Positions 35,508-49,119 of a stretch of 64,000 bases of DNA are shown here, piece after piece. The stretch's first letter is position 1. Each line of letters begins with the position of its first letter. This stretch comes from Chiloscyllium plagiosum (taxonomy: Eukaryota): positions 11,025,181 through 11,089,180 of the forward strand of contig NC_057720.1 of the NCBI RefSeq assembly GCF_004010195.1, in the 5' to 3' direction. The translations under genes were made by a program, and so were the position numbers. The notes below the pieces were generated by a model. It saw nothing but the letters and a program-made list of their open reading frames with translations, did not search any database and had not been told where the DNA came from.

Positions 35508-37095
35508 TAGAGTCCTAGAGATGTACAGCACGGAAACAGACCCTTCAGTCCAACTCATCCATGCCAACCAGATATCCCAACCCAATCTAGTCCCACCTGC
35601 CAGCACCCAGCCCATATCCCTCCAAACCCTTCCTATTCATATACCCATCTAAATGCCTCTTAAATGTTGCAATTGTACCAGCCTCCACCACTTCCTCTGG
35701 CAGCACATTCTATTCGTACCACCCTCTGTGAAAAAATAGTCCCATAGGTCTCTTTTATATCTTTCCCCTCTCACCCTAAACCTATGGCCTCTAGTTCTGT
35801 ACTCCCACACCCCAGGGAAAAGACTTTGTCTATTTATCCTATCCATGTCCCTCATAATTTTGTAAATCTCTATAAGGTCACCCTCAGCCTCCGATGCTCC
35901 AGGGAAAACTACCCCAGCCTGTTCAGCCTCTCCCTATAGCTCAAATCCTCCAACCCTGGCAACANNNNNNNNNNNNNNNNNNNNNNNNNNNNNNNNNNNN
36001 NNNNNNNNNNNNNNNNNNNNNNNNNNNNNNNNNNNNNNNNNNNNNNNNNNNNNNNNNNNNNNNNNNNNNNNNNNNNNNNNNNNNNNNNNNNNNNNNNNNN
36101 NNNNNNNNNNNNNNNNNNNNNNNNNNNNNNNNNNNNNNNNNNNNNNNNNNNNNNNNNNNNNNNNNNNNNNNNNNNNNNNNNNNNNNNNNNNNNNNNNNNN
36201 NNNNNNNNNNNNNNNNNNNNNNNNNNNNNNNNNNNNGATCCTTGTGGCACTCCACTGGTCACAGGCCTCCAGTCTGAAAAACAATCCTCCACCACCACCC
36301 TCTGTCTTCTACCTTTGAGCCAGTTCTGTGTCCAGATGGCTAGTTCTCCCTGTATTCCATGAGATCTAACCTTGCTAATCAGTCTCCCATGGGGAACCTT
36401 GTCGAACGCCTTACTGAAGTCCATATAGATCACATCTACTGCTCTGCCCTCATCAATCATCTTTGTTACTTCTTCAAAAAACTCAATCAAGTTTGTGAGA
36501 CATGATTTCCCATGCACAAAGCCATGTTGACTATCCCTAATCAGTCCTTGCCTTTCCAAATACATGTACATCCTGCCCCTCAGGATTCCCTCCAACAACT
36601 TGCCCACCACCGAGGTCAGGCTCACTGGTCTATAGTTCTCTGACTTGTCCTTACCATCCTTCTTAAACAATGGCACCACATTTGCTAACCTCCAGTCTTC
36701 CAGCACCTCACCTGTGACTATTGATGATACAAATATCTCAGCAAGAGGCCCAGCAATCACTTCTCTAACTTCCCAAAGAGTTCTAGGGTACACCTGATCA
36801 GGTTCTGGGGATTTATCCACCTTTACCCATTTCAAGACACCCAGCACTTCCTCCTCTGTAATATGGACATTTTTCAAGATGTCACTATCTATTTCCCTAC
36901 AGTCTATATCTTCCATATCCTTTTCCACAATAAATACTGACGCAAAATACTCATTTAGTATCCCCCACTTTCTGCGACTCCACACAAAGGCCTCCTTGCT
37001 GATCTTTGGGGGACCCTATTCTCTCCCTAGTTATCCTTTTGTACTTAATGTATTTGTAAAATCTCTTTGGATTCTCCTTTAATTCTATTTGCCAA
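35508..37095 (-). mobile_element. Young CR1 LINE (RT largely open) spanning a gap
   Basis: ORF 35909-36985(-): ANVVPLFKK..NYRPVSLTSVVGKLLE..QHGF..SCLTNLIEFFE..MDFSKAFDKVPH..SGVPQG. Confidence 0.95.
35965..36236. other. Assembly gap (N run)
   Basis: Direct read. Confidence 1.
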
Positions 37096-37831
37096 CTGAT
37101 TGGTTGTCAAGTAGATTTCGATTGATAGAATGGAGGATGTACCAATTAATAATGATTGAGAATCAACTGTCCGTCTTTGTTTAAACTTTAATTATCCCTT
37201 ACTAATTAATGTTCAATCTCTCTGATCAGCAGAAAATTTCAAGATATTCAGTCACTTTATCTTTCTTTGTTTGACCCATCAATTTTCCAATAGCAGATGT
37301 TAAGCTAATGGATCCATCACTGACAGTCGTGCAACAGATGTAGAGAACCTGAATATTAGTGAAAAATGGCATTTTATCAAATTTATATCTTTCATTTGTT
37401 TACATTTTAAACCAAGCAGGTTAAAGCTGAATGGTCAAGGCATTTTCATGAGAATGGCTGTTAGTTATTTTGTTGAGTTGAAACACACACTAAGTGTGTA
37501 CAAGTTCTTTCCCCCGTTTAATGATTAATGTAGCTTCCAGTATACGACAATCAAGCTGCTTGGTTTATCTGCTTTCTGATCAGAGATGTTCCTACACATT
37601 CACGAGCGGGTGGAACTTGAATCCAGGCCTCCTGCTATAGAGATAGGGACACTAGCACTGCATAAGAACCCTCTTAACCTGCTTATTTTTAAAATATAAT
37701 TGTCGAATTATTTTATTATTTTAGACTTCAGTTATTGCTTCACCTATGTCATGAATTATGATTGCTTGTATTGTCATCACCATTTGACAATAGTCACCAT
37801 GATAACTGTTTAATCAACAATTACAGATATA

Positions 37832-38390
37832 GGGTGACATTGTGGCTCAATGGATAATACTGCTGCCCTACAGCGCCATCGACCTGAGTTCAATTCCAGC
37901 CTCGGGCGACTGTCTGTGTGGAGTTTGCACATTCTCCCCGTGTCTGTGTGGGTTTCCACCAGGTGCTCCAGTTTCCTCCTACAGTCCAAAGATGTGCAAG
38001 TTAAGTGGATTGGCCATGCTAAATTGCCCTGCAGTGTCCAGTGATATGCAGACTGGGTGGGTTAACGATAGGAAATGCAGGGTTATAGTGATAGGTTAGG
38101 GAGGTAGGTGTGGGTGGGATGCCCCTAGGAGGGTCAGTGTGGATTCTTGGGCTAAAAGGTAAAAACAATAACTGCAGATGCTGGAAACCAGATTCTGTAT
38201 CAGTGGTGCTGGAGGAGCACAGCAATTCAGGCAGCATCCAACGAGCAGCGAAATCGACGTTTCGGGCAAAAGCCCTTCATCAGGAATAAAGGGCTTTTGC
38301 CCGAAACGTCGATTTCGCTGCTCGTTGGATGCTGCCTGAATTGCTGGATTCTTGGGCTGAATGGCCTGCTTTCACACTTGTGATTCTACT
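37832..38390 (+). mobile_element. HE1-type SINE with nested family A' fold-back (38154-38344, 14-bp TSD)
   Basis: V-domain as at 4441; TSD tggattcttgggct at 38140-38153 and 38345-38358. Confidence 0.88.
38256..38283 (-). ncRNA. Minimal hammerhead core (family A')
   Basis: CUGAUGA-A-GGGC(UUUU)GCCC-GAAA-CG-UC on the minus strand. Confidence 0.8.
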
Positions 38391-38664
38391 CAATGTTAGG
38401 ACATATCTCTGAAGCAGGTGGGATTTGAACCAGGGTCCCCTAGCTCAGAGGTAAGAGCATTACTACTATACCATGACAGCCCAACCTCCACTTGTCTTAA
38501 TTTACCTAAATCTTAATGGTGCTTGGTTTATCAAGCACAATGGAGCAATTTTCCTACTAGCAAAATAACCATGACTCTTTCTTTGTTTCCACTAACTACC
38601 ACCAGTAATCGCCCATGCAGCCAAGTAAATCTTTACAAGCAAAGCCCATTATGGGCAATTATGG

Positions 38665-39102
38665 GTTTGAGATATAAAAATAGTCAGGAAGGACTGGGAC
38701 TTTCTCACTGGAATGTTGGAGGTTGAGGGGTCTCCTCATTGGGATTTATGAAATCATGAGGGTTACAGATATGGTGAATGACAAGGATCTTTTCTCTAGG
38801 GTGGGGGAGTTCAAAACTAGGGGGGGCATATTTTTAAGGTGAGAGGAGAAAGATTTAAAAAGGGCATGAAGGGCAATGTTTTTACACAGGGAGTGGTTTG
38901 TGTGTGGAATGAACTACCAGAGGAAGTGGTGGATGCAGGTACAATAACCACGTTTAAAAGACATTTGGATAAGCTCATGAAAAAGAAAAGTTTGGAGGGA
39001 TATGGGCCAGGAGGAGGCAAGTGGAACTAGTTTAGTTTGGGATTATGGCCAGCATGGACTGGTTGGACCGAAGGGTCTGTTTCCATGCTGTATGATTCTA
39101 CG
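38665..39102 (+). mobile_element. CR1 3' fragment
   Basis: RGERFKKGMKGNVFTQGVVCVWNELPEEVVDAG. Confidence 0.88.
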
Positions 39103-40224
39103 AATCTATAAACCACCAAAGGCGAGGCAGGGAGGTTAGGGGAGGGGGGATGCTGGTAGAAAAGGGAAGGGGCTAAATGAAAATGGAGTTGGAGGAGGAA
39201 GTAAAGCACTATATCCCCTGCGGGGCCCACCTCTCGTCTCTTCTCTCTTTAAAGGCACCGAGCGTATTGATGGACACAGCGTGCTCCCCCTCCACTGACA
39301 TCTGGACATGAACATGACCATGGAAGAGGGGCGGGGTGCTTGTTTAAAATTTTATTTAAAATTAATGTCTGCTTGCCTTTTTCACAATTGAAACAGAGAT
39401 TGGTAGCTAATGATCAGCCATCACCTCATTGATGCATCCTCCCATAGCGACACCTCTACCAACCAGGATCTACTTGCCAACCATTCAGCACTCTTCCCTC
39501 ATACAGCAGAAATGTTGTTCTCCCTTTATATTGGTGTTTCTTGCTAATTGTCCTCTGAGTGCAAGATAAAAATCTTTGACATGTATCTTTTTGTTCAGCA
39601 ATACTCTCAATCTTTAGTTCCCCCTTTGCCACTTTTCTTGAATAGCAAAGTGACACACGTGTTTCTCCACTTTAAAAAAATGCTGTTGTATAGAGACAAT
39701 TAATATGCTATTCCTACCTAACTCCTTGAAACCTTGAGAGAGAGATCACTCCGGTCACCTTTGCAGTACCACCTCTCTCCTCATTACTTTGATTTTATTT
39801 GCTTTTGGTGAGGACATTCCCTCATTCAATATTTCTCTCCTTCGAATATCAAGCATGCTGACCCTCTCAATAATGATTAACGAAACAATCATTCATTTTA
39901 TTCTTTTATGGCCTGTGACCCTCACTAGAAAGGTCAGCATTTATTTCCAATGCTATTTGCCCTTGAGAAGGTTAATGTTTAAATGTTTAAAATGTATCAG
40001 TGTTCTGTGGATATGGGTTCAAATCTCATCATGGCAGTTGGCAAAATATGAATCCTATATTTTTCAAAAAAGGTGAAATTAAAAGCTAGTTTAGTGAGAA
40101 CCAGATAACTATTGTACATTATCTTTAAAAATGCATCAGGTTCACTTACATCAGTTATGGAAGGAAATCTGCCATCCTTACCCAGGCTGGCCTAGTTGGC
40201 CAAATCCTAGCCTAGCCACCTGAT

Positions 40225-42035
40225 GACTGGAGGAAGAACGCCTCATCTTCGGCCTTGGGACCCTCCAACCACATAGCATCAACGTTGATTTCACCAATTT
40301 CCTCATCTTCCCGTCCCCCCCCCCCCCCCCCACTTCATCCCTGATCCAAACTTCCAACTCAGCACAATCCTTTTGAAAGGTCCTACCTGTCCATCTTGCT
40401 TCCCGCTCCTATCTGCTCTGACCTATCATCATCATTCCCCCACCAGGATGTTGCCTGGTATGGTAGAAAGATCGTATGAGGAAAGGCTGAGGCACTTGGG
40501 GTTGTTTTCATTGGAGAAAAGAAGGTTTAGGGGTGACTTGATAGAACATAGAACATAGAACAATACAGCACAGAACAGGCCCTTCGGCCCACGATGTTGT
40601 GCCGAACTTCTAACCTAGATTAAGTACCCATCCATGTACCTATCCAAATGCCGCTTAAAGGTCGCCAATGATTCCGACTCTACCACTCCCACGGGCAGCG
40701 CATTCCATGCCCCCACCACTCTCTGGGTAAAGAACCCACCCCTGACATCTCCCCTATACCTTCCACCCTTCACCTTAAATTTATGTCCCCTTGTAACACT
40801 CTGTTGTACCCGGGGAAAAAGTCTCTGACTGTCTACTCTATCTATTCCCCTGATCATCTTATAAACCTCTATCAAGTCACCCCTCATCCTTCGCCGTTCC
40901 AACGAGAAAAGGCCGAGAACTCTCAACCTATCCTCGTACGACTTCCTCTCCATTCCAGGCAACATCCTGGTAAATCTTCTCTGCACCCTCTCCAAAGCTT
41001 CCACATCCTTCCTGTAATGNNNNNNNNNNNNNNNNNNNNNNNNNNNNNNNNNNNNNNNNNNNNNNNNNNNNNNNNNNNNNNNNNNNNNNNNNNNNNNNNN
41101 NNNNNNNNNNNNNNNNNNNNNNNNNNNNNNNNNNNNNNNNNNNNNNNNNNNNNNNNNNNNNNNNNNNNNNNNNNNNNNNNNNNNNNNNNNNNNNNNNNNN
41201 NNNNNNNNNNNNNNNNNNNNNNNNNNNNNNNNNNNNNNNNNNNNNNNNNNNNNNNNNNNNNNNNNNNNNNNNNNNNNNNNNNNNNNNNNNNNNNNNNNNN
41301 NNNNNNNNNNNNNNNNNNNNNNNNNNNNNNNNNNNNNNNNNNNNNNNNNNNNNNNNNNNNNNNNNNNNNNNNNNNNNNNNNNNNNNNNNNNNNNNNNNNN
41401 NNNNNNNNNNNNNNNNNNNNNNNNNNNNNNNNNNNNNNNNNNNNNNNNNNNNNNNNNNNNNNNNNNNNNNNNNNNNNNNNNNNNNNNNNNNNNNNNNNNN
41501 NNNNNNNNNNNNNNNNNNNNNNNNNNNNNNNNNNNNNNNNNNNNNNNNNNNNNNNNNNNGGGGGGTAGTTATAGGACAGATGTTAGGGGTAGGTTCTTTA
41601 TTCAGCGAGTCGTGAGTTCATGGAATGCTCTGCCAGTAGCAGTGGTGGACTCTCCCTCATTATGGGCATTTAAGCGGGCATTGGATAGGCATATGGAGGA
41701 TAGTGGGCTAGTGTAGGTTAGGTGGGCTTGGATCGGCGCAACATCGATGGCCGAAGGGCCTGTACTGCGCTGTATTCTTCTATGTTCTATGTTCTATGTT
41801 CTACCTGCATCTACCTGTTGCCTTCCCAGCCAACTTCCCCACAATCCTCCAATTTATCTGTCAGCTCTCTTCCCCCACTCCCCTCATCCACTCCCCTCCC
41901 CCCAACATTCCTGATGAAGGAATTATCTGAAACGGCAACTCTCCTGCACCTCGGATGCTGCCTGGCCGGCTATGCTTTTCCAGCACCACACTTTTTGACT
42001 CTGATTTCCAGCAACTGCAGTCCTCACTTTTGCCT
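40225..42035 (+). mobile_element. PLE 3' end (40225-40440 and 41801-42035) split by nested CR1s (+ copy 40441-41800 containing - copy 40545-41019)
   Basis: LEEERLIFGLGTLQPHSINVDFTNF (GIY-YIG C-terminus); decayed hammerhead ctgatgaagg..tctgaaacggc at 41911; CR1 ORF 40615-41004(-). Confidence 0.8.
41020..41559. other. Assembly gap (N run)
   Basis: Direct read. Confidence 1.
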
Positions 42036-42779
42036 GCATGTGGCTCCAGACCCACAGGGGCGTGGTTGACTGTACTGCTCTCTGGCCAATACAGTTTGGG
42101 TAACAAATGGTGACCTAGCCAGTGACACCCACATCTCATAAACAGGTACAAGAAAGGGTAGAGTTGAACTGCCTTCTTAAAACACAACAGCTGATTTAGA
42201 GTAAATATTGTTGTTCGTGGATAGCCCTGTTAAAAAAAAAAATAGGTAGACCATTCAGCCCCTAGAACTTGCTCCATCATTCAATAGGAGCATGGCTGAT
42301 CCAACACTGCTCACACCCACTTTCCTACCTTTTCCCCTTGATAAGAAACCTTGAGCCCTTAATAAGCCCGGAACAGTATTGGAGGTGTAATGATCTGATT
42401 CAAAGTCTGGATGCAAAGTCATTATTCAGCATCAAATACTGAAATTACTAGAAAAGTTCAAGTCTGGCAGCACCAGTGGTGAGGAGTCACCGCACCCGAA
42501 ACATTAGCTCTGTTGCTGTCAGATCTGATGAGCTTTTCCAGCAGTTTTAGTTTTTGTTTCTGATTTACGGTATCTGCAATTCTTTCGGTTTTTATTCATT
42601 GTTCAGCATACCTGTGGGTTCTTTATTTTCAATGACAATATCAACATTACAATTTTCAAGAGCTCCACATTGATTCTGACCACTCTTTTAGAGTGATATA
42701 ATTGTAAGTTTTTTTTTAATTTTGATATCCCTTGCAAGTTTATCTCAGTTTTTTTTTAAATAGCTCTTTACTCTTTGCT

Positions 42780-43430
42780 TTGTTATTCTTTGCATCTGTC
42801 CTCATTGCCAAAATCTTTATTTTTTTCTGTGTGTGTTCTTGTATACATTTTGTTTCAGTTTTTAAGTTGTCAATTACATCTTCAGTCAGCCATGGCTGTA
42901 ATTTTTGGCAAATACTGTTGCTCCCATTAAGGATATGGACTGGCTTTGTAGTCATAGTTGCTTTTTTGTTGATCGCCTCTCCCTGACCTTCTCTTATTTT
43001 TCCCATTAACTGATTTGTTTAGTTTATTGTGGTTGGTATTGCATTCCAGCGAAGTCAGCCTTTCTTAAATCAATAACCTTAGTGGTGCATTCACGTTTTT
43101 CCCTTTCAAGCGTTACATTGAATTTGATGGTGATATTAATACTATTGGGAAACTGTTCATGTACCATTAGGCTGTTCACTAAATCTGGCTCATTATTAAA
43201 TCTAATGTGGCATGACCTTAGTTGGTTCTGGGACAAATCACTGAAGAAAATTCTCCCAGACACACACTCAAGCATTTTGCTTCACTTCTAACATCTGCTA
43301 ATCAATTCAACACTATATTTATGAAAATTTAAAAACTCCCATTAAAAACACATTAACTCATCTGTGCATTTATACAATCTGCCACTTGACAGCGGCTACT
43401 GATATGGGTGTCCATATTCTCCAGCCGTAA
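42780..43430 (-). mobile_element. Old CR1 ORF2 APE/linker remnant
   Basis: NNEPDLVNSLMVHEQFPNS...KVIDLRKADFAGM and PWLTEDVIDNLK. Confidence 0.65.
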
Positions 43431-43454
43431 AATCTTTTACAAGAACAGGCGTTG

Positions 43455-43915
43455 ATGGAAAGGCTCAGCAGGTCTGGCAGCATTTGTGGAGAGAAACCAG
43501 AGTTAACATTTTGGGTTCACTGACCCTTCCTCAGAACTGATGGTAGCTGGGAAAAAGTTATTTTTTTTATTATGCAGAAGATAGGGTCGGAGGAAGGGAT
43601 AAGGACGAAATGATAGGTGGGGATGGAGCCCAAAGAGAGAGAAGAGCAGTTGGACAAACAAAGGGTGGATATTGTTCAGACTGGGGAATGAATAGCTGTG
43701 AATGGACAATTAGTGGCTAATGATGGGTGGTGTGTAATAACTTACCGTGTGATAACAAGGCCCAGTATGTGAGGGTTGGGGTAAGGACATGGGTGAAGAT
43801 GCCTCAAGCCCTAACATTGTTGAACTCGATAATGAGTGCAAGCAGAAAGTGAGGTGTTGTTCTTTCAGCCTGCACTGAATTTCACTACAACACTGCAGGA
43901 AGCCTGAGATGTTGG
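43455..43915 (-). mobile_element. PLE 3' fragment (family C) with decayed hammerhead
   Basis: SGFLQCCSEIQCRLKEQHLTFCL; minus strand gttCTGAGGAaGGGTCagtgAACCCaaaatgttaac. Confidence 0.75.
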
Positions 43916-44291
43916 GTGATGTGTTGGAGTGAACTAAAATGTTTGTTATTTTAATCAGCTTGTTCAGACACGTTATAACACACAACTGGAGCAACTGGGA
44001 CTTGAACCTGGGTCTCCTTTTAATAACACCTTTTATGGTTTGTACTTAATTCTAACCAGAATTATCAGTTTGCCTCTTATTAAATCCTCTCTTACCATTG
44101 CTGTTCAACAGTTTCATCCTGAATCACTGCTCCCCTTCTACCGTTTCCCCTGGCTTTCCTTTAGAACTTATAAACCTGACCCATTTGGTTTCCAGCCCCC
44201 ACCACATCATAGCCATTTTTCATTAACCTTGTCATACCTTCCAGGCTGAGTTTGTACCTGGAACTGATTAAAGTTGTTCCTTATGCTCTGT

Positions 44292-44490
44292 CAAGAGTGA
44301 GTTGCTGGAAAAGCACAGCAGGTCAGGCAGCATCCGAGGAGCAGGAGAATTGACGAAGGGCTTATCCTGATGAAGGGCTTATTGTCAAAACGTTGATTCT
44401 CCTGCTCCTCGGATGCTGCCTGACCTGCTGTGCTTTTCCAGCAACTCACTCTTGATTCTGATCTCCAACATCTGCAGTCCTCACTTTCTC
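44292..44490. mobile_element. Family A fold-back with 14-bp TSD
   Basis: Palindromic arms; TSD tccttatgctctgt at 44278-44291 and 44489-44502. Confidence 0.88.
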
Positions 44491-45649
44491 CTTATGCTCT
44501 GTGTTTATATAAAGAATGCTTTCTTGGGCCATGGACCCAAAACTAGCCTTCTGCTCTTGTAGTTTACACTCACCTTAGATTATTCTCTTGGTTTAATTAC
44601 ATCTCTTTGTTTCCCTGTGGGGACAAAAGCACAATTTCTATCTGTCAGTCTCCTCCCTTTTGTTTGTTAGTTTGAAGTTATTATCCATATGGTATTTTCC
44701 ACCTGAGCCCCTCCTGACTCCGCTTATCTATTTAAAGTCTTTGTGACACTATACTTATTCATGCCACTTGAGCCCTGCTCCCAGGCTGGTTTTGTAGAGC
44801 CTTTCCCAACATTACAGTTGCCCTTCCTGTCCCACTGCTTGTGCGGGTATCTGAGAAACCAAGACAAAGGTGTCAACATCCCTGTATGTGTATTCACTCA
44901 CTTCAGGGCAGTCTCACTATCCACGTGCTCACACTTACACTAATATTGACAAGATTGCCTTGTGAATGTTCCTTCAGTTATTATAAACTTTGCTTTGTTG
45001 TAAAGTTTTTATTTGGTTCCTGTACCCACTTGCAGTAAGCACTTGACACTGGAAAATGTTTTGTTTTCTTGTTCTTTCATGAGATGTGGGTATCATTGTC
45101 TGTCTGGGCCAGAATTTGTTACCCCCTATCCCAAATTGAGTGGTTTGTGAGGCCATTACAGTTAAGATTAATCATATTGCTGTGGGTCTGGAGTCCTGTG
45201 TAGGTCAGGATGGCAGATTTCCTTCTGTAAAGGACATTGGTGAATCAAATGGGTTTTTACAACAAGTTTCACAGAGGTGGGATCAGGGAGAAGTTGCAAA
45301 AATGGTGACAGACTCAATTCTGGGATTGCTAATCGCATTCTGATTTTAAGGGCTCGGATTGGTTTGGGGTGCCAGTGCGCACCTTATACACCCGCCATGG
45401 CTACTCCATTGTGCTCCATTCCACTGCGATTTTCGCTCCGTCATGCCTGTCTTTTTAATAGGTTGTTTGGTCACAGCCCCTCAGGTGTCATGAGCTGCAG
45501 AATCTTTCAAAACCTCCAATCACAATCTCTTACCCATGTGTTCCCACCCCCCAATCCAAACTGCCATACTCATCTGCTTGACCCCCTTATACCCTCCCCC
45601 TTATACCCTCCATGCCAAGCTCTGACACTTCATGCCCATTCTGTATAAA

Positions 45650-46940
45650 ACCTATCATAGAATTTTACAGAATGGAAGCTGTTCAGCCTAACATGTCTGA
45701 ACAAGCTGCCCAGCTCATTCCACTCTCCTGCCCTATCTCCATCGCCCTCTAACTTCTTCACCTTCAAATATCTATCCAGCTCTTTTGAAACCTTCTGAGG
45801 ATTCTGTCTCCACCCCTCTCCCAGGCAGTGAATTCCAAATGGCAACCACTTTCTGAGTAAAGAGGTTTCTCTTCACCTCACTCCTAACTCTCCTGCTGAC
45901 AATCATCTTGAAATTGTGACCCTGAGTTACTGACATACAAACTCATGGAAACAGAGTATCCTTCTTTACCCTGTCAAAATTGCTCATAATTTTGAACACC
46001 TCAATAACGTCACTTCTTAATCTTCCCTGCTCCAAGGAGAGTAAGTCAATCTCTCTCATCTTTCCCTGTATCTAAAATCCCTCACTCTTGGTCTCATTCT
46101 AGTAAATCTCCTTTCATACTCTCTTCAGGGCTTTAACATCTTTCTCTAAGTAAGGTGCCCAGAACTGAACACACTACTCCAAGTATGGTCTGATTCTAAA
46201 TCTGATTTCAAATGTGGTCTGATTAATGATTTATAGAGATGTAGCATAATCTATGCCTCTATTTATAAACCCAAGGATCCTATTAGCTATCTTAACAACT
46301 GTTTCAATGTGCCTGGCCACCTTCCGAGAATGCTGTTTGTGAATCCCGAGGTCCCTTTGCTCCTGTACTCCCCTCAGGGTTGTATTGTATCTCCCATGTT
46401 CCTTTTACCAAAATGTATGGCCTCACATTCCACTGCATTGAAATTCATCTGCCAGGTGTCTGTCCATTTAACCAACATGTCAATGTCCCTCTGAAGCTGC
46501 TCAATGTTATCCTCACAATTCATTATTCTCCAAGCTTAGTATCATCTGTAAATTTAGACGTTTTGCCCTCAACACCCATCTCTAAATCATTTATATAAAT
46601 CAGAAAAAGCAAGGGTCCCATCACCAACCCCGGGGAATGCCCCTTTCCACTCGTCTCCAGTCTGAGAAATGCCTATCCATAAATAGCCTCTGTTTCCTAT
46701 ATTTTAGCTAGTTTCTAGGACCATTGATCCCAAACTTATCTAATTTGCTAACCAACCTGTCCTATGTCCAACACTTTCTGATAGTCAAAATATACGCATC
46801 TGGATTAGTGGTGCTGGAAGCGCACAGCAGTTCAGGCAGCATCCAAGGAGGTTCGAAATCAACATTTCGGGCAAAAGCAATATACGCATCAACTACCCTA
46901 ATTGACTGCCTGCATCACCTCATCAAAGAATTCAATTAGC
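45650..46940 (-). mobile_element. Old CR1 RT/3' end with nested family A' stub (46801-46878, 12-bp TSD aatatacgcatc)
   Basis: Minus-strand KFTDDTKLG and PLLFLIYIND remnants; TSD at 46789-46800 and 46879-46890. Confidence 0.8.
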
Positions 46941-47956
46941 CAAAAAACAATGAACCCTATAGTAACAACAGGATGTGTTCAAAAGGGTTTAACAATGATT
47001 TAATTTATTTAGAACTTTCTACTCACTTTAAGAAGAGCTACAGGCTAATCAAATTCTCAGTCATCCAGATATTTAACATATCTCCAGCACAAAACCACAA
47101 GCACTTGACTATTCTTGTGTAAATAACCATTGTGCAATTGACAAAATTGTTCAGAGAGCAAGCATTGTTAATCAAGCAATGGTTTCCCTGAGGATCAGCT
47201 GTTTTAACCCTCTTCTACATGTGGGCTATCATTCAAGAATGCTTTCAGTGAGTGGAGGGGACATGAGTGGATGAAATATGGGGAGTGCAAAGAGCCTTAC
47301 TACTTTCATTATAACTGGGTCAAAGTCTCATATCGCTGAGGCAAATCTTCTAAAGCGCTTGCCTTAGTACACACTGCCCCTGAGGCTGCCTCTAGCCTCT
47401 CTACAGGTACAGCTGGCCTGATCACTGACCCCCCCCCCCCTTGAAAATCCCAGCTTCTCAAGCACCTTCTCCCCAGGCAGGTACGCCAAACCAGGCAATC
47501 TCCCAATCCTCACCATCCAACTCAATTGTGAAAATCCAGTCCAGAGTTTCTATTCCTGAGACTAGCTTTGAATTCCATCGTTCTAAATGCATTAGTTTTA
47601 GAACATGGAACAACACAGCGCAGAACAGGCCCTTCGGCCCTCGATGTTGCGCCGACCTGTGAACTATTCTCAGCTCATCCACCTGGATTGTTGAAATCTC
47701 CCTAATGTGGCTGAGTTGACTACATTGGCAGGTAAGGCATTCCACGCCCTTACCACTCTTAAACAATTTTCTTAAACAATTGTGTTTAAAGTTCACCAGA
47801 TGCCACGGTGGGATTTGAACCCACATTGCCAGAGCCTAGCCTGGTCTTCTGGATTATTCGTCTTGTGATATTACTGAGACACCACCACATCCCCTTCAAA
47901 CACCTGTATTCCAGGAATTGCTGGAAAAGCTCAACAGGTCTGCCAGCATCTGTGTT

Positions 47957-47986
47957 CTGAGGAAGGGTCACCGGATCTGAAATGTT
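47957..47986 (+). ncRNA. Hammerhead core (family C, CpG-decayed) in fold-back 47915-48088
   Basis: GUU-CUGAGGA-A-GGGUC(ACCG)GAUCU-GAAA-UG-UU-AAC; stem I is GUU/AAC. Confidence 0.62.
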
Positions 47987-49119
47987 AACTCTGCTTTCTC
48001 TCCTCAGATGCTGCCAGACCTGCTGTGCTTTTCCAGAAATTTCTGTTTGTGTTTCTGACTTCCAGCATTCACAGTTCTTTCGGTATTTACCTCTATTTTT
48101 TAGACTGCTATGAAATTTAATAGAAATAAGTGTAAAACTTGCCCACGATTAGCCATGAAAAATAAAATGTCCACCAACTACTCAACAATCCATTTCTTCT
48201 CCTGAGCTGACTTCAAGCTTAGTGCTTTAATTTCTGCTCTCCCATGGTGCTCACATTCCATTAGTTCCAGTCTCCGCCCTCTGAGACTTGGTGTTTATAA
48301 TTTTCCCACCCCTTTGTCACTCCACTGCTGAGATCTCTTGGACCTGGATCCCCTGAATTCTGGGCTGCGCCATTCTTTCTTAGAAACAAGAGATGGATGG
48401 TGCTCTTGTTAATTCTCTGCAGCCAGTTCTAGCTCTCAGTTTCTCGCACTGTTTGTGTCGGTGTTATTCTCAACCCATCATCCATGCAAATCCATACCTT
48501 ATGTTAGAAAAGGAATTTTGTGAATAGGAGAACGTGTTTTAGGAACACATGGATGAGCCTCTGACATTTGCTGTGTGATATAACTTTGTCATTGTGTGTT
48601 AGAGAACATGCGGATTGGAACATGTGAGCAGGGGGCTTTACTGACATCGCTATGTGCGCACAATTAATAAACAGTGTTTAAAGATACTCTGGCCTGATCT
48701 TCTATGAATGACAGATGGTCTAATGCAAAAAGATAATGCTGAGTGGTGCATTTTTCCAGAGTAAAGGACTTTGACAAAGAGTTACTTTAAATGTTTGGTG
48801 GAATGGGAGAGAGGGAGTGGGGGAAAGTTAGGGTGGAACTTAGCAGGTGAGGGGGAATTGTCAACCCCTTTTGGTCCATCGAGCATAAGAAAATGGTGGA
48901 GAAACTCAGCAGTTCTGGTAGACCTATGGAGAAAGAAGCAGAGCTAACATTCCAAGTCTGTTCGATAGAACTCATGAGTGAAAGTCAAACTGAACTCAAT
49001 ATTAACTGTTCGTCTGTCCACACTCGCTGCCAGGCCAGCTGAGTTTCTCCAACAATTTTTGTTTGAATCAGATTTCCAGCATCTGCAGTATTTTTGCCCT
49101 TATTACCTTAACTGTAGGC

